From positions 1 through 40,147 of the IMG/VR virus record IMGVR_UViG_3300022741_000089: 40,147 nucleotides of DNA; one strand, 5' to 3'. The position numbers were made by a program, and so were the translations under genes. The notes under the pieces are model-generated. The model had not been told where the DNA came from, did no database searches, and saw only the letters and a list, made by a program, of their open reading frames with translations. Shown in pieces: positions 33,385 to 40,147 of this stretch; the first letter of the stretch is position 1; every line of letters begins with the position of its first letter. The DNA is from a virus. Taxonomy: Duplodnaviria > Caudoviricetes.

Positions 33385-35160
33385 ATGAGCGCCGTCATCA
33401 CCCAACGCCTGGTTGACCTGTCCCGCGCCCTGGAGCGCGCGGGCCATGGCCAACGCACGGCGCTGTGCCAGGCAGCGGCGCTCGAACTCGGCCTGAGCCA
33501 GGCCACCATCTACCGCAAACTGGAGGAGGTCAAAGTGGCCGCCACCCCACGTAAGCGCCGCACAGACGCTGGCCGCAGCGCGCTAAGCCGCGACGAAGCG
33601 CTGCTGATCAGCACCACCCTGATCGAGTCAGCTCGGCGCAACGAAAAGCGCCTGTACTCGGTCGGCGACGCCGTCGACGCGCTGCGCATCAGCGGCATGA
33701 TCCGCGCCGAGTTCATCGACGAGAAAAGCGGCGAGATCCGCCTGCTGTCGATCAGCGCCATCAACCGGGCGCTGCGCAGCTACAAGCTGCACCCTGATCA
33801 GTTGCTGGCACCGGCGCCTGTTACCGAGCTGCAGAGCCTGCATCCCAACCACGTCTGGCAGATCGACGCCTCGCTGTGCGTCCTGTACTACCTCAAGCCC
33901 AGCGCCAAGGCCGAGGAGAACGGCCTGCGCGTGATGGACGCAGCTGAGTTCTACAAAAACAAGCCCAAGAATCTGGCTCGCATCTCTGCCGACCGCGTCT
34001 GGTCGTATGAGATCACCGACCACGCCAGCGGCTGGATCTACCTGCAGTACGTCATGGGCGCCGAGTCCGGCGAGAACCTGTGCAGCGTGCTGATCGACGC
34101 CATGCAGGAACGCGGCGCCGCCGACATCCTGCACGGTCGCCCCAGCATCCTGATGATGGATCCCGGCTCGGCCAACACCTCGGCCATGGCCAGGAACCTG
34201 TGCCGCTCACTGGGTATCGAGACCATCGTTCACGCACCAGGCGCCGCCCGCGTAACCGGCCAGGTGGAGAACGCCCGGAACATCATCGAGCGCAAGTTTG
34301 AGGCCGGCCTGAAGTTCCAGCCGGTCAACGACCTGGACGAACTCAACCGCCTGGCCGGCATCTGGCGCGGCTACTACAACGCTAAGGCCGTGCATTCGCG
34401 GCACAAGAAAACGCGCTCTGCGGTGTGGATGACCATCCGCGAACACCAACTGATCAAGGTGCCAGGCGTGGACGAATGCCGCCGCCTGGCCGTGTCCGAG
34501 CCTGAGCAGCGCAAGGTCAACAGCAAGGTGCGCGTCAGCTTCCAGGGCCGCGAATACGACGTCTCGATGGTGCCGGGCGTGATGGTCAACGACCGACTGC
34601 TGGTCACTCGCAACCCCTGGCGCGACGACGCCGCCCAGGTGGTGGCCACCGACGCCGAAGGACGCGAGGTGTTCTACGTAGTGCCCGTCATCGAGCGTAA
34701 CGAGCTGGGCTTTGACGTGGCTGCCGCGACAATCGGCGAGAAATTCATCCGCAAGGCCGATACCCCGGCCCAGGTGGCACGCAAGGAAGCCGAGAAGCTC
34801 GCCATGGGCGCCGATACCCAGGAAGGCGTGGACGCAGCCCGCAAGGCCAAGGCCATCCCGTTCGGCGGCCAGCTGCAGCCCTTCAAGGAAATGACCGAGA
34901 CCGAGCTGCCGACCTTCATGCCGCGCCGTGGCACCCAGCATGACCTGGTCGTGCCGACCATCGAAATGCCGCCGCTCAGCGTGTTTGCAATCGCCAAGCG
35001 CCTGCAGGCCGAGATCACCGGCTGGAACGCCGACCACTACGCCTGGCTCAGCCAGCACTACCCCAACGGGGTGAAGGAAGACGATATCCACGCCGTGGCC
35101 GACCAACTGCGCGCTGCCTTCACCCGCCGCCCAACCCTGTCCGTCGTAGGAGGTGCGTGA
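33385..35160 (+). CDS. Mu-like DDE transposase A
   Basis: N-terminal HTH (LSQATIYRKL, RKRRTDAG); catalytic WQID, MMDPGSAN, GQVE. Confidence 0.92.
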   Translation: MSAVITQRLVDLSRALERAGHGQRTALCQAAALELGLSQATIYRKLEEVKVAATPRKRRTDAGRSALSRDEALLISTTLIESARRNEKRLYSVGDAVDALRISGMIRAEFIDEKSGEIRLLSISAINRALRSYKLHPDQLLAPAPVTELQSLHPNHVWQIDASLCVLYYLKPSAKAEENGLRVMDAAEFYKNKPKNLARISADRVWSYEITDHASGWIYLQYVMGAESGENLCSVLIDAMQERGAADILHGRPSILMMDPGSANTSAMARNLCRSLGIETIVHAPGAARVTGQVENARNIIERKFEAGLKFQPVNDLDELNRLAGIWRGYYNAKAVHSRHKKTRSAVWMTIREHQLIKVPGVDECRRLAVSEPEQRKVNSKVRVSFQGREYDVSMVPGVMVNDRLLVTRNPWRDDAAQVVATDAEGREVFYVVPVIERNELGFDVAAATIGEKFIRKADTPAQVARKEAEKLAMGADTQEGVDAARKAKAIPFGGQLQPFKEMTETELPTFMPRRGTQHDLVVPTIEMPPLSVFAIAKRLQAEITGWNADHYAWLSQHYPNGVKEDDIHAVADQLRAAFTRRPTLSVVGGA

Positions 35161-36365
35161 TGCTCAAGCTCAAAGCACTGCTGCGCTACCACAACCTGGG
35201 CCAGGCCGATCTGGCCCGAGCCCTCGGCCTTAGCCGCCCGACCATTTCCCAGCTGATCAACCACAGCATGTGGCCCAAGACCATCGACCAGGCCGACCTG
35301 CGTAGCCGCATCGTCGCCTGGCTGGAGAGCTTCAACGTCACCGGCATGCAGCTGGTGGGCATTTTCGAAGAGGAGGAGAACCAGGAGCAGAACACCAAGG
35401 TGGCCGCTGGGCGCTGCAACGCCCAACGGCCTGAGCACCGCAATCCCAAAAAGCCAATCGAGGAGCCCGACACAATGCTACTACGCAAAATCTCCCTGAC
35501 ACAGCAGGCGCGACAGACCTTCGGCCTGGTCGGAGACCCGTTCTCCGAGAGCCTGCCGCGCACCAGCGCCGAGCTGTTCGTCTCGCCAGACATTCGCTAC
35601 GTCCGTGAAAGCCTCTACCAGGTCACGCGCTACGGTGTGTTTCTGGCCATTCTCGGCGAGTCCGGCTCGGGCAAATCCACCATCCGCAAGGATCTGCACG
35701 CCCGCCTGAAGGCCGAAGACAAGCCGGTGATCATCATCGAGCCCTATGTCGTAGGCATGGAAGACGACGACTTCAAGGGCAAGACCCTCAAGGCCATGCA
35801 CATCTGCGAAGCCATCCTGGCCACCCTCAACCCTGGCGGCAAGGTGCCGCGCGGTCTCGATGGCCGCTACCGCGCCGTCCACAACGCGCTGAAAGAGTCC
35901 CACCGAACCGGCAACCGCCACGTCCTGGTGATCGAGGAGGCGCACGCCATCCCGGTACCGACGCTCAAGCACCTCAAGCGCTTCTTCGAACTGGAGGACG
36001 GCTTCGAGAAGCTGCTCAGCATCGTCCTGATCGGCCAGACCGAACTGGGCAACAAGCTCAGCGAGAAACGCGCCGACGTGCGCGAAGTGGTGCAGCGCTG
36101 TGAGGTTGTGCGCCTCAACCCGCTCGACCAGTACCTGGGCCCGTACCTGACACACCGCTTCAAGCTGGTCGACAAGGTGCTGGACGAAGTGATGGACGAG
36201 CAGGCCATCGAAGCGCTGCGCGGCAAGCTCACCGGTACCGGCTCCAAAGAAAACAGCTCGGTGCTGTACCCACTGGCCGTGCACAACATGCTGGCCGCCG
36301 CCCTCAACCAGGCTGCCGCCGTCGGCGCCCCCCGCCTGACGGCGGACATCATTGCGGAGGTGTGA
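35157..36365 (+). CDS. Transposition AAA+ ATPase (MuB/ExeA-like) with N-terminal HTH
   Basis: GESGSGKST Walker A, VLVIEEAH Walker B, LIGQTEL; XRE-like N-terminus. Confidence 0.92.
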   Translation: MMLKLKALLRYHNLGQADLARALGLSRPTISQLINHSMWPKTIDQADLRSRIVAWLESFNVTGMQLVGIFEEEENQEQNTKVAAGRCNAQRPEHRNPKKPIEEPDTMLLRKISLTQQARQTFGLVGDPFSESLPRTSAELFVSPDIRYVRESLYQVTRYGVFLAILGESGSGKSTIRKDLHARLKAEDKPVIIIEPYVVGMEDDDFKGKTLKAMHICEAILATLNPGGKVPRGLDGRYRAVHNALKESHRTGNRHVLVIEEAHAIPVPTLKHLKRFFELEDGFEKLLSIVLIGQTELGNKLSEKRADVREVVQRCEVVRLNPLDQYLGPYLTHRFKLVDKVLDEVMDEQAIEALRGKLTGTGSKENSSVLYPLAVHNMLAAALNQAAAVGAPRLTADIIAEV

Positions 36366-36368
36366 GTC

Positions 36369-36794
36369 ATGGCCATCACCATCGAACAAATCATGGATCA
36401 GGCCCAGGTTTATGCCTCGGCCTGGAGCCTGGTCGGCGGGCAGTTCGATCAGGGCAACCTGCTGGAGCAGGCCAACCTGGAGAAGCAGGTACTGCTGGAA
36501 ATGGTCATTGCCTTCGAAGACCAAGCCCACACCGCTGGGGCCCAAGAAGCGCAGATCGACCTGGCCAAGCCGCTGATCGAGTGGCACCAGAACCGCCTTG
36601 GCAACCTCGGCCAGTTGCAGAAGGCGGTAGAGGGCACTCAGATCTGCCTCGGCGTTGACGATGCCAATCCAATCGTCCTTCAGGGCGCAATGCTCAAAGG
36701 CTGGCGCTTCGCTCTTGCCCTCGCCGAGCAGCAGTTCGGGAAGTTCCCACTTCAACTGGCGCAGAACGCGCCGGCCAGCGACGAGGAGGAATGA
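36369..36794 (+). CDS. Hypothetical early protein
   Basis: GGAGG SD; coupled to neighbours. Confidence 0.72.
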   Translation: MAITIEQIMDQAQVYASAWSLVGGQFDQGNLLEQANLEKQVLLEMVIAFEDQAHTAGAQEAQIDLAKPLIEWHQNRLGNLGQLQKAVEGTQICLGVDDANPIVLQGAMLKGWRFALALAEQQFGKFPLQLAQNAPASDEEE

Positions 36795-37147
36795 CCATGC
36801 GAGCTCCCAACGTCATCCCGCTCAGCGCCAAGATCGCCACAGAGATCTCCATCCAGCACGCGCTGCCCATGTGCACCGTGCTGACCCCTGACCTGGCCGA
36901 CAAGCTCCGCGCCCTCAACGACATGACTCGCCGCCTTCGCGCGGCGGGCGTGCGCATCGAGGCCGCATCGCCGCTCGACGCCAAGATCTTCATCAACGCC
37001 AAAGACTCCGACCAGCTCGCCGCATCGTTCCGCAGCGAGTGGCGCAGCCCGGTCTGGAGCACCAAGGGCGTCCACACCATCAACTGCGTCCGCCTCGGCG
37101 GCTGCCAAGTCTGCTGGCTCACGCCGGCAAAGGGGATTCAGCCATGA
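36791..37147 (+). CDS. Hypothetical early protein
   Basis: GAGGAGG SD; ATGA overlaps. Confidence 0.72.
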   Translation: MTMRAPNVIPLSAKIATEISIQHALPMCTVLTPDLADKLRALNDMTRRLRAAGVRIEAASPLDAKIFINAKDSDQLAASFRSEWRSPVWSTKGVHTINCVRLGGCQVCWLTPAKGIQP

Positions 37148-37764
37148 GCACTAAAAACATTGTCCCCGAAGGCTTCCGCCTCGACGCCCAGGGCCGTCAC
37201 GTGCCCGAGTCCATGATCAAACCGCTCGACCTGATGCGCGACGAACTGGTGATGGCCATCGTCGGCAAGACCCAGGAACTCAACCTGGCGCTGGTCGACT
37301 TCAAGGCCAAGGTGTTCGGTGATGTAGATGCCCTGGTAGCACTCGCCGCTGATGAATACGGCGCAAAGCTGGGCGGCGCCAAGGGCAACGTCACGCTGTT
37401 CAGCTACGACGGTCGTTTCAAGGTGGTACGGGCCAAGGCGGACAACATCCGCTTCGACGAACGCCTGCAGGGCGCCAAGGCGCTGATTGACGAGTGCCTG
37501 CAGGAGTGGGTGAAGGGCTCGCGCCCCGAGATCATCACCCTGATCAACGACGCCTTCAAAGTCGACCAGGCCGGCAACATCCGCACCGGCAGCGTTCTCG
37601 CACTGCGCCGCCTGGAAATCACGGACGAGCGCTGGATCCGCGCCATGCAGGCCATCAGCGACGCCGTAACCGTGGTCACCACCAGCTCCTACGTCCGTGT
37701 GTACGAGCGCGTCGGTGATACCGACCAGTACCAGCCCATCAGCCTCGACATTGCGAAGGTGTGA
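37144..37764 (+). CDS. DUF3164 family protein (Gam-like position)
   Basis: GGAKGNVTLFSYDG, FDERLQ.AK.LIDEC, AF.VD..G, YVRVYER. Confidence 0.85.
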   Translation: MSTKNIVPEGFRLDAQGRHVPESMIKPLDLMRDELVMAIVGKTQELNLALVDFKAKVFGDVDALVALAADEYGAKLGGAKGNVTLFSYDGRFKVVRAKADNIRFDERLQGAKALIDECLQEWVKGSRPEIITLINDAFKVDQAGNIRTGSVLALRRLEITDERWIRAMQAISDAVTVVTTSSYVRVYERVGDTDQYQPISLDIAKV

Positions 37765-38141
37765 CCATGGTTGCCTTCAACTTCATGGCCCGGTTCGCGC
37801 CCTCAGTAGAGGACGGCACCAAGCGCCAAACCATCCGCGCCGCTGGCAAGCGCCGCCCGCCACGTCGTGGCGAGCAACTGCAGCTGTACACCGGCATGCG
37901 CACACGCAACTGCCGACTACTTCGCTCGGTTCAATGCCTAGCGGTCAACGAGATTGCCATGGATCTGAGCGAGCGCCGAGTTCGCGTCAGGGTCGGTGAC
38001 ATCATTTGTACGCTGAACAGTCAGGATGTCCGTCGCCTGGCCCTAGCCGATGGCTTCGCCACTGTCGCCGACTTCTTCGAGTACTTCACCGCAACTCACG
38101 GCCAGTACTTCGCTGGCCATCTCATTAAGTGGGAGGTTTGA
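37761..38141 (+). CDS. ASCH/PUA-like domain protein
   Basis: F...F...VEDGTKRQTIR, GEQLQLYTGMRT, ALADGF..FFEYF. Confidence 0.72.
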   Translation: MTMVAFNFMARFAPSVEDGTKRQTIRAAGKRRPPRRGEQLQLYTGMRTRNCRLLRSVQCLAVNEIAMDLSERRVRVRVGDIICTLNSQDVRRLALADGFATVADFFEYFTATHGQYFAGHLIKWEV

Positions 38142-38142
38142 G

Positions 38143-38538
38143 ATGCCAAGTCCTATGACCATCATTGCTCACATCAGCAAGGCCATCGACGCAGCAGAGA
38201 AGCTCAGCCGTGACGAGTTCCAGGCAGAGCACGTTCAGTTGGATAACGGGCGCGAGCTGCTCCTGGTCGCGATCACTGGCGAGAACTTGGATGGCATCGC
38301 CATGGTGATGGAAGGGCTCCATATGGGGCGCCTGGAAGCCGAGCGCGTCAAGCTGGAACCCAATGAGTACCCTCACGGCTCCACCTTGAAGCTTCACTAT
38401 CGAGCTGCACCCGATTGCATCGGTTGGGCTCACAAAGGGCCAGACGGCAGCCTGCTGTCTGCCTATGGCAAGCATCCGCTTGATCCCGATATGTGGATCG
38501 TCGTAGCTGAAAAGGGGGTGTCAGATGCAAACCCTTGA
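38143..38538 (+). CDS. Hypothetical early protein
   Basis: GGAGG SD, ATG 1 nt after upstream stop. Confidence 0.68.
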   Translation: MPSPMTIIAHISKAIDAAEKLSRDEFQAEHVQLDNGRELLLVAITGENLDGIAMVMEGLHMGRLEAERVKLEPNEYPHGSTLKLHYRAAPDCIGWAHKGPDGSLLSAYGKHPLDPDMWIVVAEKGVSDANP

Positions 38539-38749
38539 ATGCACCGTGAAGTACTACATGGGCGCCTACCAGACCAACACCGTGCGCAGCCAGCGTGCCA
38601 GCTGCAGCCACTCCGAGGACGAGGCCGTGCGCCACCTGGGCGTCAAGCTGTTCGGCGAGCAGCTCGACCATGTCGAACGTATCGACCTGAAGCCCGGCGA
38701 CCAGCCGGGCATGAGCCGCTGGCAGATCGTCGGCCGGGAGGTGCTCTGA
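38525..38749 (+). CDS. Hypothetical early protein
   Basis: 74 aa, coupled; host-like codon usage. Confidence 0.68.
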   Translation: MQTLECTVKYYMGAYQTNTVRSQRASCSHSEDEAVRHLGVKLFGEQLDHVERIDLKPGDQPGMSRWQIVGREVL

Positions 38750-39204
38750 TGGGCCATACAATTTTCCAAGACGCACCCTCCAAGGACATGACCAAGGCTC
38801 AGGAGCGCCAGGAACAGCTGGACGCGCAGATCGAGGCGTTCCTTGCCAAGGGCGGCGAGATCAAAGCCTACGACAACCATTGCCGCCCAGTTGAGCCAGG
38901 CAAATGGAGCGACTTCTCAATCAAACCGCGCCCCTTGGCGCCGGTGGCAGCACCCAAGCCCCAGCCATCATCCGAACCTGAGCAGCTCGGCGAAGTGGTA
39001 GAGGCTTCGGTACCGGCGTCGGAAGTACTCCAGGAAACCCAGGAAACGGCAGCGGCGGCCGTGGCCGAGGTCGTCATCGCAACGATTCCTGTGCCGTCCT
39101 CGATGTCGACCAGCACCGACGATGCCTGGAAGCGCCTGCGCAAGGACATTGCAGCCGCTAGGCGGCGGCTGGATTCGCTAGGTAAGAAGGTGGCCCGCGC
39201 ATGA
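38749..39204 (+). CDS. Protein with SutA-like RNA-polymerase-binding motif
   Basis: TGATG coupling, GGAGG SD; KAQERQEQLDAQIEAFLAKGGEIK. Confidence 0.62.
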   Translation: MGHTIFQDAPSKDMTKAQERQEQLDAQIEAFLAKGGEIKAYDNHCRPVEPGKWSDFSIKPRPLAPVAAPKPQPSSEPEQLGEVVEASVPASEVLQETQETAAAAVAEVVIATIPVPSSMSTSTDDAWKRLRKDIAAARRRLDSLGKKVARA

Positions 39205-39767
39205 GCATCTCGAAAGGCGTACTCAGCAAGATCCACATCGCCAAGCAGCAGCTGCGCATGGATGACGAAAGCTACCGCGCGCTGCTGCGCCGTGTGGCCG
39301 GCGTCGAGTCCTCCAAAGACCTCAACTCGCGCCAGGCCGGGCGGCTGATGGTCGAGCTGGAGCGCCTGGGCTTCAAGCCGAAGCCCAGCAGCAAGGCCAA
39401 GGGCAAACCGCACAACTTCGGCCAGCTATCCGGCGAGATCGAGGTGATCGAGGCCCAACTCACTGACATGGGCCTGCCCTGGAGCTATGCCGATGCGATC
39501 GCCAAGCGGCAGTTCGGCGTGGAGAAGGTCGCGTGGCTGAAAACGCCCAAGCAGCTCACGTCGGTGCTGGCGGCGTTGCACGTCGAGCAGGAGAAGCGCG
39601 GCCTGCTGGAGCAGGTGGAAGCACTCTGCAAGGAGTTGGGTGTTACTGATCCAGAACGGGTGGCCGGTTTGGAAGCTCTGCCCAAGGGCTGGAAGCGCCA
39701 GCGTCCAATCCTGAAGATCCTGGCGAAAACCCTGCGCCAGATGGTCGACGAGCGGGAGGCAGGTTGA
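39201..39767 (+). CDS. gemA: GemA (Mu gp16 / DUF1018) regulatory protein
   Basis: KIHIAKQQLRMDDESYRALL...SSKDL..GF; W.YADAIAKRQFGVEKVAWL. Confidence 0.88.
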   Translation: MSISKGVLSKIHIAKQQLRMDDESYRALLRRVAGVESSKDLNSRQAGRLMVELERLGFKPKPSSKAKGKPHNFGQLSGEIEVIEAQLTDMGLPWSYADAIAKRQFGVEKVAWLKTPKQLTSVLAALHVEQEKRGLLEQVEALCKELGVTDPERVAGLEALPKGWKRQRPILKILAKTLRQMVDEREAG

Positions 39768-40147
39768 TGCAGCTGCCAAGAGGCAAGGGGGGCATAGTGA
39801 GCGAGTCCCAAATGGAGAAGTCCAGGCATGAGCTGCTCTCAGATGTTGAGAGCCAGGCTACAGCGATTCTCCGCGACCACGGCATCGAGCCGGACGTCGC
39901 AGAGCAGGCCAGCACGGCGATTGCTGATCACCTCGCCAACCACTGGGGCGGTCAGGTTATCAGCTTTCCGAAGGAGTACCTGTTCAAGATGGCGGAAAGG
40001 GACATCCGCATATACGACGAATTTAACGGCTCCAACCAGCCCGAGCTGGCACGTCGTTACGGGATGTCGGTGAGAGGGATCTATAAACTGATATCCCGTG
40101 TCCGCAAGCGCGAACTGGATCGCCGCCAGTCCCGCCTACCGTTCTGA
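39764..40147 (+). CDS. mor: Mor/C family transcription activator
   Basis: HWGGQVISFPK, RDIRIYDEFNGSN..ELARRYGMSVRGIYKLI; true start may be GTG 39797 or ATG 39812. Confidence 0.9.
   Translation: MMQLPRGKGGIVSESQMEKSRHELLSDVESQATAILRDHGIEPDVAEQASTAIADHLANHWGGQVISFPKEYLFKMAERDIRIYDEFNGSNQPELARRYGMSVRGIYKLISRVRKRELDRRQSRLPF

Larger units (their letters stand above)
1..40147. mobile_element. Mu-like transposable prophage (B3/JBD67-like organisation, siphovirus tail); ends lie outside the window
   Basis: DDE transposase + AAA ATPase, GemA, Mor, Mu gp25-gp29/F/G/I/gp36/gp37-like genes; central repressor with divergent early and late arms. Confidence 0.95.

Noticed and set aside
1-40147. Transposon ends (TG...CA), transposase binding sites, target duplication
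   Set aside because: Window begins and ends at stop codons of the terminal genes; ends are not included
1-40147. CRISPR array, tRNA or rRNA genes
   Set aside because: No regularly spaced repeats or recognisable structural RNA genes; intergenic spaces are short

Overview
The window is an essentially complete, GC-rich, Mu-like transposable prophage of the B3/JBD67 type with a non-contractile (siphovirus) tail. A Pseudomonas-type host is inferred from gene content. It starts at the stop codon of the tail-tip gene and ends at the stop codon of mor, so the transposon ends are not visible. Late genes (lysis, packaging, head, tail) and a repressor-led lysogeny operon are on the minus strand (1-29777). 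The early operon (Ner-like, transposase A, MuB-like ATPase, DUF3164, GemA, Mor) is on the plus strand (29855-40147). The most striking signal is an 18-residue motif, [GD]-I-x-V-x-G-S-x-x-R-V-A-G-R-D-Y-x-E, shared by the C-terminus of the phage repressor and the N-terminus of the zinc-ribbon membrane protein encoded immediately downstream. It is conserved at protein but not codon level. This matches the architecture of homotypic/amyloid signalling pairs and suggests an undescribed membrane-sensor-to-repressor switch. Other points: an Acb2 anti-CBASS homologue in the head operon; a com + DNA adenine methylase cassette with an SD-occluding hairpin; three copies of a putative late-promoter activator box; two antisense genes in the early operon; a SutA-like early protein; and a greatly extended tail-tip protein. 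All family assignments come from recognising motifs and synteny by eye, not from database searches.
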